DNA of 64,000 nucleotides from the human T2T-CHM13v2.0 reference genome, Homo sapiens. Each line of letters opens with the position of its first letter. Position 1 is the first letter of the stretch. The stretch lies in the NCBI RefSeq assembly GCF_009914755.1, contig NC_060935.1. One strand, 5' to 3'. Below are positions 16,706 through 30,020 of the stretch, piece after piece. Position numbers and translations under genes: made by a program. The notes beneath the pieces are model-generated. The model was not told the origin of the DNA. It did not search any database and was given only the letters and a program-made list of their open reading frames with translations.

Positions 16706-16913
16706 CTTGTTTCTGATCTGCGTGGGAAAGAATTCAGTATTTCTCCATTTAATATGACATTAGCTATAGATTTTTTATATGATATTAGCTATAGATTTTT
16801 TATAGATGCCTTGCATTAAAGTGAAGAAGCTTCATTTTCTTCCTAATATTCTGATTTTTTTATCATAGATATGTTTTATCTAATTTATTGAAAAAATAAT
16901 TTCAAAAATGTGT

Positions 16914-17214
16914 GGCCAGGCACGGTGGCTCACACCTGTAATCCCAGCACTTTGGGAGGCCGAGGTGGGTGGATCACGAGGTCAGGAGATCGAGACCATC
17001 CTGGCTAACATGGTGAAACCCCGTCTCTACTAAAAATACAAAAACTAGCCGGGCGTGGTGGCAGGCACCTGTAGTCCCAGCTACTCAGGAGGATGAGTCG
17101 GGAGGATGAGGCAGGAGAATGGCGTGAACCCAGGAGGCAGAGTTGCTGTAAGCCTAGATTGCAACACTGCACTCCGGCCTGGGCAACAGTGCCAGACTCC
17201 GTCTAAAATAAAAT
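16914..17214 (+). mobile_element. AluY
   Basis: Diagnostic GATCACGAGGTCAGGAGATCGAGACCATCCTGGCTAAC and GAATGGCGTGAACC. TSD AAAATGTGT at 16905-16913 and 17215-17223. Confidence 0.95.
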
Positions 17215-18586
17215 AAAATGTGTTTATATATGTACACAGGTAATCAAGTATCTTTATGTCTATATGTGTAGTATCCATACATATTTAAATAACTGCATCG
17301 TTATGGGAATTTATCAATAAGTCAGCCAGAACAAGTTTTGGAAAAAAGTATTGTAGTCTCCAAGAAGGGACTGAAAATGGAAAGTCAACCTAGTTTTCTG
17401 GTCACAAAGTCTCCTCTCTAACCCATACTCACAACTGCACAAAGGCAATGCTCTAATATTAAAGGGGAAATAAAAATAATTTAGATATCCATTTCAAATT
17501 TCAAATGCATGCATTTAAATGAAAGAGCATAATCCTAGAAAAATTTACATCACCAATGTGTCAGTAATATGAATAAATCCCATTTTGTAAGCATTAATAG
17601 AAATATAACACTAAAGAAATACATGTCTCTAATTACTTATTCAGTATATTAATCCAAAGTCAAGACTTACAAGATCCACAAACCTAAGTAAAGTAGACAA
17701 CAAATGGTGAACATCGGTATTAGTTTTTGGAACAGAGTTCTACTTAGATCCCTGGGTAACATAACATGTTCTAAAATTACTTGCAGAACATATCATTAAA
17801 ACAATGTCAGGCCTTTTTTTTTTTTTAACGTAGAACAAGTAAGTTTTTATTTTACTTTTTTCAGTTTATTTCAAAGCTGGTTTATTTCATTAAATCCAGC
17901 TCCTTATGCACAAAAATGTCTTTGAAGAGTGGAGTCAATGCTCAATGAAAAAAAAAATCATTTTAAAGGCCTCCAAGGGAAGCTATTCTGTAATTTCCTT
18001 TGATAAACCATCATAGTATATAATAATCCTCATGACTGGAAAATTTACGTTTCTATTTTACATAAAATTCATATTCCACAGTTTTAGCCTGAATTTTTCT
18101 CTTCTGTCCTTTCAGACAATAGAACACATATTTTTAATTTATTTGTATATGGGGACCCTTGATATTCTGAAAAAAAAATAAATTTATATCTTTCTTTCAA
18201 TACATATATTCATTTTTTTTTTTTTTTTGACCTCGGAAGAGGAAAGGGTCCAAGGCTGACTGGAAGGCAGTACATGGGAAGAGAGTGGGTGAGCTCAGCA
18301 ACATATTTGGTCTTTCTTTGTCCTGTGGCATCTTTGCCTTAATTCTCATTATTATAGTTGGATCTTATTCTCAGGCCAGGCACTTGTATCTGCCTCAGAA
18401 TAATTACTGAGCTTTGAGGGCATTTTTTGCAGTGTCTATGCTACCGCCAACTCCCTCTACTTTCATCAGCAAAATGTAAGGCTTTGCAGACAATGCAATA
18501 TGTGAAAAGAAATAACACATATCATCAGAACCAACACTAGTCAAGGGTAAAACTTTAAGGAAACACATTCCTTTAAGGAAACAGAA

Positions 18587-18648
18587 ACACACACACACAC
18601 ACACACATGCACGTGCACACACATACACGCGTGCGTGCACACACACAC
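18587..18648. repeat. Interrupted (CA)n microsatellite
   Basis: Directly visible. Confidence 0.9.
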
Positions 18649-19432
18649 CATGTTCCTTATGAGGACAGTCTCTCTATATATCCTATTTACTACTTTGTAT
18701 TTTTCGGGACATTTCTTTATGCATATACATCTTTCACTCTCATACTTAAAATATAAAAAATAAGTAAGTAAGTTTTTAAAAATCCAATTAACTTTTTCAA
18801 CTATGACTTTTTCAAACCTTTGCCTTTGCATACTTTGTCCCTAGCACTTTAACACTATTTGAATATTTTATAAATCAGGAACTTTCCAGTATATAATGAA
18901 AAGCTACAAACCTACACAGTTCCTCCATTTTCATTTAACAAATAATTATTGAGAATATGCTAGCTTTTGGGAAAACACTGGTGAGAAAATATAGTACCTC
19001 ACTCTGTTTTGTTCTCATTTGGAGTCATTGGACTTTCTGCAATTTACTTGCCTTGTCCTATGCTCCAATACTGGAATTTTCCTACAAATTGACCCTGGAT
19101 GTCCCCACCAACCCCCACCCAACCCCTGACTTTTGGTATTGTGTTGTCTCTGGAAAAAAGCCTACACTCCAATTCTGTCCCCATGGTCAACATCCCACCT
19201 TAATCAGATTTTATTTTTCCCAGCACATATCCAATAGTCCTCTTAAAATGGTCCTCCTTATGCATAAACACATACAAACTGACACTAACAAACAAAGCCA
19301 CAGGGCCTATTTAGAGAGCCTAGATAACTGACAATTCTACATGTTGTAACTTCTAACTTTCCTCTCCTCATTCTACTAATCATCTTGTCTTCTGTCACTT
19401 ACCTCCACCTCCTTTCTTTGCTTTCATCATAG

Positions 19433-19433
<1 letters not shown>

Positions 19434-19489
<56 letters not shown>
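19434..19489. repeat. (TC)n(TA)n compound microsatellite
   Basis: Directly visible. Confidence 0.95.
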
Positions 19490-21724
19490 GAGTGTGTACG
19501 TGAACATCTAAGTAGGAATTTATTTTATTGCCTTTATATCATTAATCTGAAAATATCTTGGCTCCTTGACTTCACAATCTGAAAGCCATAACATTTCTGC
19601 AATTTACTTTTATTGCTTAACTTTGTCTTTGTTGTTATATGTTTAGTATTTTATATTCACTCAGAGACCATGGCAATGGGTGCACTTTTATAAAGCTAAA
19701 AATTAAATGAATAAATTATAAATGAATATCGTTTCCTGTACACAAGCCCAGAGACTGAGGAAATGGCTACATTTTCAAAACCAGAATATAAATAATCATT
19801 TTTAAATCTGGGTGCAGAGTACATTTATGTAAATTACATTCATTATTTCACTTTACAATTTTAAAATGTCATCTTCTGTATCTAAAGAAGGCATCAGGAC
19901 TGTTACCCCAAAACCAGAGGTAAAAATGGCCCATGTTTCCATTACTCATTCTTATTATCATACTTTCTCAGAAATGGATTTGTAGTGTCACTTTCTCTGG
20001 TTGTTATATCTTTGCCAAGAAAAGGAGATGTAAGAATTCTAATGTTTGATACCCAACATGAAGACAGGTAGGATCACCTCTTGATTGGGCTATAACCTTA
20101 CTGTGGAAGTTCTCACTTGAGAGATCCCAGCAAAGACTACTATGTGGGATTCAGTAACCAAACAGCCTCCCTTAAAGCACTGTGGCCTGCTTCTCTCACC
20201 AAAACACTAGCAAAATTAGGTTTTACTGTAGAGACAAAGATTGCAATGTGATGTGGCACAACATAAATACATCCTTGTAAGAATGATGGCAAGGAGAATT
20301 GCAAACAGTCAAGAAATCTTCCCAATTTTTGTTATCACCTGATGATGGCACCTTAAGAGTCTCCTCCAAAGCTCTTCTTCCCTCTGCAAAATAGTTATAG
20401 ATTTTTTTTCATTCTCCATTCATTCTTGCTTACAAAACTGAGAGCTGTAATTCTTACAGCCTTCATTCTCCCCATTTTTACTGGAGTTATATGTTCATAG
20501 GAGACATCTTTCTGAGATGGTACTGAATAACAAGGTGAAAATAACTAATAAACATTATATAGAGTGAACATCAATCATGTCATTAAGAGCAAAAAAGTGT
20601 TTAGAAATATGTTTCTTTGTCTTTTCTATTTCACGTAATACTGATGCTTTGGGTAGCGGGGGGGAAACACTCCCCAAGGTTTTTTGCTGCATCTATCTTA
20701 TAAATGATTCCCTTTGATCAAAATCTAGTGCAAGCTCACCTTTTTTAGAGTCATAGAGGCAATGATTTCATATCACAGTATTTTGACTCTTGACAGCTCA
20801 GTGGGAGTAAGGAAAATGAGGAGGGGGATTATGTAAAGGAGAGGAAAATGTTGGGGAGAGGAATTCAAAGTCAGGACAAAGATGACAGGCAAAGCATGAG
20901 AGCAGCTGTACAAAATGTTACTTGCTCTCTTCTAGAGATTGGTGTGCTGGAGTGAATGACAACTACTAATTAAAATGGTGGCTTATTATCATGTAAGAAG
21001 TGACACAATTTGTCTAAGACCTGGAGTAAAAGATGAATCACTTTTATTTGTAGAAAATTCTAATTTAAAAATATGCATTTTTAGATGAACATCTGTGGTG
21101 TTTTTGACAGGAGACATGTGATAATTAAAACCTTTTTTATTTTCTGACTGAAATGTTCATATTATATTTTTGCTGTGTGCCAATTTTTATATTTCTATAA
21201 ATAAGAACAAAGCAAGTTTTCTAGAACAACTAGAAGTTTATACGATTTATAATTTTTAAGTCCAAGTGTCAAAATTAGATACCTAAATCATGATTATAAG
21301 TTTGTATATTGCCAAAAAATATATTGGATATTAACTTTCCAACTTAATGATCTCTTTTTTTTAAATGGATTTCTATTAAAGCAGATGAATTGGTCTTTTG
21401 CAGGACAAATGTACGTTACTGTTCTCAAAACACTTACTGCCTGGTGCTTTTTTTTTTAACTTTTTGAGAGCTTAAAAAAGATAGCCTTGGATTTGCTCTA
21501 CTTTATACATATCTTTCACAGTTAAGAGAATAATTCTCAAATTATACACATGCGGCAAGTAATTTTATTATTCCAAGTAAAATATGTATCTCTCTGATAC
21601 CAAACAGTTGTTTATGATTTTCAGAATTTGTCAGGATAAGTTAAAGCATGCCATAAATGGACAAGAAAATGCCTCAATCAGATAAACAATAATACTAAAT
21701 AAGCAGATGTTAATATAAAAAATA

Positions 21725-24025
21725 AAGGAATAACTTATTTTATTGCACTTCACTTTTTGGCCCTCTGCAGATGTTGTGTGTGTATGTGTGTATGTGTGTT
21801 TAACAAATTGAAGGTTCATGGCAATTCTGCATCAAGCAAGTATATTGACACCATTTTTCCAACAGCATGTGCTCACTTCATTTCTCTGTGCCACATTTTG
21901 GTGATTACTTCTAACATTTTCATTACTATTATGTCTGTTACAGTGATCTGTAATCAATGATCATCAATGTCACTATTGTAATGGTTACAAACTTAGCCCA
22001 TATGAGATGGGAAACTTAATTGGCAAATGTGTGTATTCTGACTGCTCCACAGACCAGCTGTTACTGCATTTCTCTCCCTCTCCACATGTCTTTCTATTCC
22101 CTGAGACAAAACAATATTGAAATTAGTCCAATAATAACCCTTCAATGGCCTTTAAGTGTTCAAGTGAAATGAAGAGTCACACATCTCTCACTTTAAATCA
22201 AAAGCTGGAAATGATAAAGCTTACTGAAGAGGGCATGTGGAAAGCTGAGGTAAGCTGAAAGAGAGGCCTAATAGACAAGTTGTGAAAGTTAAAAAAAAAG
22301 TTCTTGAAGAAAATTAAAAATGTTACTTCAGTGAACACGCAAATGAGAAGAAAGCAAAATGGCCTCACTGCTGCTATGGAGAAAGTTTCAGTCATCTGGA
22401 TAGAACAGATCAACCACAATATCCCCATAAGCCAAAGCCTTATCCATAGCAAGTCTCTAGTTCTTCAGTTCTATGAAGGCTGAGAGAAGTGAGGAAGCTG
22501 CAGCAGAAAAGTTTGAAGCTAACAGAGGTTGGTTCATTTGGTTGAAGGAAAGAAGCTTTTTCTGTAATACAAAAGTGTAAGGTGAAGTAGCAAGTGCTGA
22601 TGGAAAAGCTGTAGTAAGGTATCTAGAGCTAAGATAAATGATGAAGGTGGCTACACTTTCCAACTGATTTTCAATGTAGACAAAACAGACTTATATTTGA
22701 ATAAGATACCATCTAAGATTGTAGCTAAAGAGGACAAGTCAGTGCTTGGCTTCAAAGTTCCAAAGGACAAGCTGACTATTTTTAGGGGATAATGCAATTG
22801 GTGACTTTAAGTTGAACCCAATCCTTACTATTCTGAAAATCCTAGGGCCGTTAAGAGTCATAATAAACTATCTCTGCCTGTTCTCAATGGAACAGCAAAA
22901 CCTAGATGGTAACTTGTATGCTTACAAAATGATTTACTGAACATTTTAAACCCACTGCTGAGGCCTGTTCCCCAGAAACTAGAAAAAATTCCTTTCAAAA
23001 GATTACTGCTTATTGATAATCATGTGCTCATCCAAAAGCTCTGATAGGGATATACACAAGGTACGTTTTCATCCCTGCTAATAAAACATTAAATCTGCAA
23101 CACAAGGATCAAGGAGTAATTTAAGCTTTCAAATTCATTATCCAAGAAATAATTTTTGATATAATTCCTCCGATGGACCTGGGCAGAGTAAATTGAATAC
23201 CCTCTGGAAATACTTCATTATTCTAGATGGCATTAAGAATGTTTATGATTCAAAGGAGAAGGTCAAAATATCAACATTAATGGAAGTGTAAGTGAAGTGA
23301 ATTCCAACTCTCAGGGATGCCTTTGAGGGATTGAAGACTTCAGTGGGGAAAGTAATTGCAGATGTAATAGAAATTGCAAGAGAACAATTAGATGTGGAAC
23401 TTGAGGATGGAACTGAACATCTATAATTTCATGATAAAACTTCAACAGATGTGGAGTTTGTTTTTATGAATGAACACAGAACATAGTTGCTTGAAATGGA
23501 AACTACTTCTGGTAAAGATGCTATGAACACTGTTGAAATGACAACATATTTAGAATATCACATACACTTGGTTGAAAAAGCAGCAGCAGGGTTTGAAAGG
23601 ATTGACTCCAATTTCAAAAGAAGTTTTACTGTGAAATTCTACCAGATAGCATTGTATGCTTTGGAGAAATATGCATGAAGGAAAGAGTCAATCAATGCAA
23701 CAAACTTAATTGTTTTCCTATTTTCAGAAATTGCCACAACCATTCTAACCTTCAGCAACCACCACCCTGATCAGTCAGCAGCCATCAATATCGAGGCAAG
23801 ACTCTTACAGCAAAAAGTCTATGACTCTCTGAAGGCTTAGCTGGTTTTTAGCATTTTTAGCAATAAAATAAAGGTATGTACATTGTTTTTTAGATGTATT
23901 GCAATTGGAATTATTTTATATGCACTAGAAAACCAGAAATAAAAAATATGTGACTTACTTTATTGTGACATTTGCTTTATCGCAGTGGTCTAGAATAAAC
24001 TTGCACTATCTGCAAAGCATGCCTG
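21725..24025 (+). mobile_element. Tigger1 (pogo-like DNA transposon), near full length, transposase disrupted
   Basis: Left end AAGGAATAACTTATTTTATTGCACTTC (consensus CAGGCATACCTCGTTTTATTGCGCTTC). Right end ...CTATCTGCAAAGCATGCCTG. Transposase start ATGGCCTTTAAGTGTTCAAGTGAA at 22145. C-terminal fragment AAAGFERIDSNF in ORF 23487..23678. Confidence 0.92.
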
Positions 24026-24779
24026 CATGTGTATTAAATGAAAACAGCACAGTTTAGCTTGGTATTTTATTTTGTCTTAAGTTCTTTTTCCAAGCCATAT
24101 CTTTAGGCCTCTACTTCTATTCTCAAAGCAGTTTATTTCGATCTTCCCTTTCTAAGAAGTTTGTTGCTTCCTCATTTTTGTTGTCTTTGCTGTTATTTCT
24201 ACACATATTTTAACCACACTGTCAAGACTGAGCACATTATGTGTGTTAGGGGTATGAGGAGGGAGTCAGTGAAATTAATGCATGCAGGAAAGATGTCAGA
24301 AGAACAAATCCAATAGAGATCTAAGGCAAGTGGCATAGGAAATACTGCCAGCAGACAAGAAGGTAGAATATAAAAACTAATATTTAAGATGTTTCCATTT
24401 ACTTCCAGGAACTGTACTAGCTGTTTGACAGAAAGTATCTCATTAAATCCTCAATAAAACAGTGTAATATATTCATTATAATTTCTGTTGTAAAGATAAA
24501 ATTTTTAGCTCAGAGAAGTATTCTATTTTTTACAATCACAAAGGCTATATAGAAATTACAGCTTTAATTCAGATTATATAGATTTCAAATACATGTGTCC
24601 CTTTCCATAATACACTGACTTCTAAGTAAAAAGAATAAATAAAATAAAGTTTTGATGTTTTAAAACTTCTTCTTCAATATGTATCCTTGTCTAATAGCTG
24701 GAATGCATCCTGTGACTTTGACTGGCAAAGGAAAAGGATATACCAGAACTTACTTTTTAAATATAAATTAAATATTAAT

Positions 24780-27250
24780 ACTTGAACTCCTTTCTCACAC
24801 CATATATGATAATTGACTCAGAATAAATCAAAGACTCAAATGCAAGAGTTAAAACTAAAAAACAAAAAATAATCTCAGAAGAAAGCATGGAGAAAAAGTT
24901 TCACAATCACATTTGATGGTGGTTTCTTAGATGAGATACCAAAGGTATAAGCAACAAAGAAAGAATAGCTAAAATGAACTACAATAAAATTAACAGTTTT
25001 TGTGCTTCGAATGATACCATTAAAAAAGTGAAAAATAAAGAGAAAATATTTGCAAATCATATATCTATTATATGACTTCTGTGTAGAATACAAAAACAAC
25101 TATTACAACTCAATAATACAAAGACAACCTAAGTAAAAATTGACCTGGCTAGACATTTCCTCAAAAAGAATATACAAATGGACAATAAGCACATAGAAAG
25201 ATGCTCAAAATCATTATCATCAGAGAAATGCAAATCAAAAGTTCAGCAAGATACCACCTCATACCCACTAGGATAACTGTAATAAAATATCAGATAATAA
25301 CAAGTGTTAATGAAGATGTGGTAAAATAAGAATCTTCTTTCATAGCTAGAGAGAATGTAAAATGGTGCAGCCACCTTGGAAAACAGCCTGAAAGTTGCTC
25401 AAAAAGTTAAGCATCAAGTTACTATTGGACCCAGCAACTCTACTCCTAAGTAGATTCTGAAGAAAAAAATGAATGTAATTGTTTATGTAAAAACATGTAC
25501 ACAAATATTCATAGCACTTTTATTCATAAAAGACAAAAGGCAGAAACAACTCAAATTTCCATCAACTGATGAATGAATTTTTAAAATGTGACAAAGACAC
25601 ATCAGACAAAGAAAACTACAGGCTAATATCCCTGATTAACATGGACACAAAAATCCTCAACAAAATACTAGCAAGCCAAATTAAGCAACACATTACAAAG
25701 ATCATTTGTATGACCAAGTGGGATTTATTCCTGGTATCCATGGATGGTTCAATATATGCAAATCAAACAATGTGACACATCATATGAACAGAATGAAGGA
25801 CAAAAATCATATCATTTCATCTGATGCTGAAAAAGCATTTGAAAACATTTCAACATCCTTGCATGATAAAAGCCCTTAAAACACTGGGTATAGGAAGAAC
25901 ATAACGCAATAAAAGCCATGTGTGACAGAGCCACAGCTAGTATCATACGGAATGAGGAAAACCTGAAAGCCTTTCTTCTGAAATCTGGAACATGACAAGG
26001 ATGTCCACTTCCAACACTGTTATTCAACATAGTACTGGAAGTCCTTGCTAGAGCAATCAGACGAAAGAAATAAAGGGCATCCAACTTGGAAGAGAAGAAG
26101 TCAAATTATCTTTGTTTGCAGATGGTATGATGTTATATTTGGAAAAGCCTCTTGTCTAAAAGGCAATAAGAAATTCTGGCAACGATGTTGAGAAAAAGGA
26201 ATCCTCATACACTATTGGTGGGAATGTAAATTAGTACAACCACTGTATAGAACAGTTTGAATGTTCTTCAAAAACTAAAAGTAGAATCACCATCTGATTT
26301 AGCAGTCCCACTGCTATGTACATACCAAAAGGAAAGAAATTCAGTATATCAAAAATATATCTGCACTCTCATGTTTATTGAAACACTATTCACAATAGCA
26401 AAGATTGAGCAGTAACCTAAGTATCAATCAACATATAAATGCATAGAGAAATATGGCTATTCAGCCATAAAAGAATGAGATCCTTTCATCTGCAACAACA
26501 TGGATAGAAATGGAAGTCATTATGTTAAGTGAAATAAGCCAGGCACAGAAAGACAAATATCACATGTTCTCACTTATTTGTGAGAGCTAAAAGTTAAAAC
26601 AGTTGAACTCATGGAGATTAGAGGGATGGTTGTAAGAGGATGGGAAGTGTAATGGTGGAATGTGGTTAATGGGTACAAAAATGAATAGAATGAATAAAAC
26701 CTAGTATTTGGTAGCACAACAGGGTGACTATAGTCAACAATAATTGTACATTTAAAAATAAATAACTAAATAATTATAATTGGATTGTTTCTCACACAAA
26801 GAATATGTATAAATACTTGAGGTGATGGATATCCCATTTACAGTGATGTGATTATTATAGATTGTATGCCTGTGACAAAATATCTTATGTACCTCATAAA
26901 TATATACACCTACTATGTACCTACAAAAATTAAAAAATGAACACATATCTACAATGACCTATTATTCAGACATAAATAAGAATGAAGTACTGATACATGC
27001 TGCAATGCAGATGAACCTTCAAAACATCATGCTAAATGAAAGAAGCCAGTCACAAAATATTGCATATTATATTATTCTATTGATATGAAATGTCCAGGAC
27101 AGGAAAGTCTATAGGGACAGAAAGTATATGAGTGGTTGCCTAGGGCTGGGGGAAAGGGGGACTTTGGGGAGTGATAGATAAAGAGTACAGGGTTTCCATT
27201 TGGGGATGATAAAAATGTTGTAAAATTGATTATGGTAATGATTTCACTGT
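24780..27250 (+). mobile_element. L1MB-like 3' fragment (pieces ~24780-25590 and ~26935-27250)
   Basis: 3' ORF2 and UTR motifs (GAAGTACTGATACATGC, AAGAAGCCAGTCACAAAA, GGTTGCCTAGGGCTGGGG) are collinear across the insert. Confidence 0.75.
25590..26934 (+). mobile_element. L1MA-like element nested in L1MB, with a large internal deletion near 26150
   Basis: RT-region ORF fragment ([22 protein letters not shown]) jumps after GGAAAAGCCT to the ORF2 C-terminus. L1MA-type 3' UTR ending ATATATACACCTACTATGTACCTACAAAAATTAAAAA. Confidence 0.8.
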
Positions 27251-28304
27251 TCTTGCTCTTTTAAGTGCATTTTGTTGTAATAAGCGATTTGAATTATTGA
27301 AATAAAATGCAGGCTTTGAAATCATGCCAGCCTATATTTGCAGTCTGTAAATAACACCTTCTAGCATAAAGGGAATGGATTTAAAGTCAAAAGTCAAATC
27401 TATTAGAAGTGACCTCAGAAGACATAGAAAAAGTAAACTCGTGTATAGACAGTATCAAAATAAATAAAAAAGCGGGGAAAAAATTCCTAAAGCCATGTTA
27501 AAATTTAAACCCCTAGCATTAAACAAACAAAAATAAAAATAATGCCCTTTCCTATGAATCTGGATCTAGTCTTAGACTCTTTCAAAGAGAGCATCTCAGG
27601 AAACTAGCTTAAGATAATTAAGGATGAAGAACATGATGCAATACCTTTTGCCTATTAAACCTTGGGTAATTCAAGACTTTTAAGTTCAGTTCATACTATA
27701 TGCCAGGCCTGAGGGTAAAATGAGTGATACATTATTCATGCCCTAAAGAAGCTCAGAGTAGAGCTCTGGGAGTGTGTGTGTGTAATACACACACACAATA
27801 CACATACACACTAATTTTAACAGTATGTTCCATGTGGGAGCAGATCCATTACCTCTAGTATGATTCACTTCATCTAGTGGGCATGGGGTAGAGTGGAGTG
27901 GCTAATACAAAGGTCATCTAAGGGATATCATTTAAGACAGATTTTTAAAGATATGTAGGAGTTCACTAGATAGACAAGGTTTCAAAACAAAATTCTAGCT
28001 CGAGTAAACCAAATTCACATATTAATATGTGCTTTAAGAAAATAATGACAAGGTAACTTTAAATTGTTAATGAGAAAAAAATGCACAAAATAAGTTTAAG
28101 TGAGCATCAAAAGAAATAAGGTGAATAAGTAGTTATGAACCAAGTTTTAAAGAACTCTAAAACATTCTAGAATAGAAAGTATGAACCTTATTCTATTTCA
28201 GTGATTAAAAATTATTAAGATGTTTTAAATTAAGTACTGGTATGATTGGATTTGAATTCTAAAGTAGTTTTAAAGTTCTACCTATCAGATTATCAGTAAA
28301 ACAA

Positions 28305-28540
28305 GTGAAATAATAAAAACCCTTTTATTGGAACCCACTATAAACCAGGCACTACGTGAGTCACTCTAAATGGATTACTGCTAATCTCCCCAATGACTCT
28401 ACATCAGGTGATGAAATATGTTCAGACCAACAGAAGTACTTCTCCCAAGATCCTAGAGATAATAATGACAAGATTCAAGCCTTAGACAACTGAAATCTAG
28501 GATCTGCCCACTATGTCTCTCTGCATCTGGAGAACACTCT
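28305..28540 (-). mobile_element. MIR fragment
   Basis: Antisense MIR-like motifs (TTTATTG...CCAGGCACT..., GATGAAA..., CCCAAGATC). Confidence 0.5.
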
Positions 28541-28944
28541 AATACACTGCAGGATGCTTTAAGGAGTGTTTGTGATCTGAAAGTAGGCAGACACATTAGG
28601 TGGAAAATATTTTTAGGATTACACCAAGTGAGTGCTTTTACTACATTCACCTATATAAGAAAACTTTTTTTTCTCTTTTTCTAATTTGAACCAAAGCTCT
28701 CTGCAGTTTAGCAAACTATAATGACCTCAATATGAGCTTACAGTTCAGTGGAAAAGCTCCAGTCCTAGAGTGGAGGATGATTTGGATAACACTTCTAGAC
28801 AAAAACCCAGAGACTTGAAACAAGATTTCTGGGCTAGTTTTCATGGTATATAATTGGCAAAGAGGAAGTGACAAGAAGGCTCCATTATCAGAATTTAAGA
28901 ACATAGAAACAGTGAGAGATGTAAAAATATGATCATCATATAAG

Positions 28945-29153
28945 AAAAAGAATAAGAGATCCAGAGCCAGATTGCTTTGGTTCAAATCCAGATTCTATTA
29001 TCTTATACTGTAATAAACTCTGGTGTGATAACATCTCTGTTCCTAACTTTTCTCATCTATATGTGGATATATTAGTGGCCTATCATTCAAAATGCTGTTA
29101 TGGTACAAACATGACAATACATGATAAAGTGCTGAGCAAAATATGTGGCACAG
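28945..29153 (+). mobile_element. MIR
   Basis: GAGCCAGATTGC..GGTTCAAATCC...TTTCTCATCTAT...AAAGTGCT...TGGCACAGAG. Confidence 0.7.
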
Positions 29154-29216
29154 AGAAAGGACCCTTCTGTTTTTGGCTATCTCTCGTGTGTTTGTCTGTG
29201 TGGGCATACATATATA

Positions 29217-29563
29217 AAGTCATCCCCCAGAATTCGTACGGGCTTAGTTCCAGGATTTCCACAGACACCAGAATCCATAGTTACCAAATTTTGTGTATGC
29301 TCAAGTCCCTGAAATAAAATGATGAAATAATATAGCATCGACATATAATTCGCACACATCCTCCTGTATAGTTTAAATTGTCTCTAGATTACTTATAATA
29401 CCTAATGCAATGTAAATAAAATGCAAACAGTTGTTCTAACATATTTTATTTGTATAATTTCTATTTTTGTACCATTATTTGTTGTATGTTTTTATAAAAT
29501 GTTTTTAATCTGTGCTTGGTTGACTCTGTGGATGCAGAACCTGCAGATACAGAAGGCCGAGTA
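29217..29563 (+). mobile_element. MER2 (Tigger-family MITE)
   Basis: ATGCTCAAGTCCCT..ATAAAATG, TCTCTAGATTACTTATAATACCTAAT, and end GGATGCAGAACCTGCAGATACAGAAGGCCGA. TA flanks. Confidence 0.85.
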
Positions 29564-29599
29564 TATACACATAAGTAATGAATTTGAGCCAGCCATTTA

Positions 29600-30020
<421 letters not shown>

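Larger units (their letters stand above)
14920..16875 (-). mobile_element. Old L1M ORF2 fragment, antisense, interrupted by an L1 (15790-16290) and a MaLR LTR (16393-16705)
   Basis: Antisense ORF2 motifs (GGTCTATGATCCATTTT, AATCTACAGATTAATTT, CTTGTTTCTGATCT..GGGAAAG) continue across the inserts. Confidence 0.65.
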
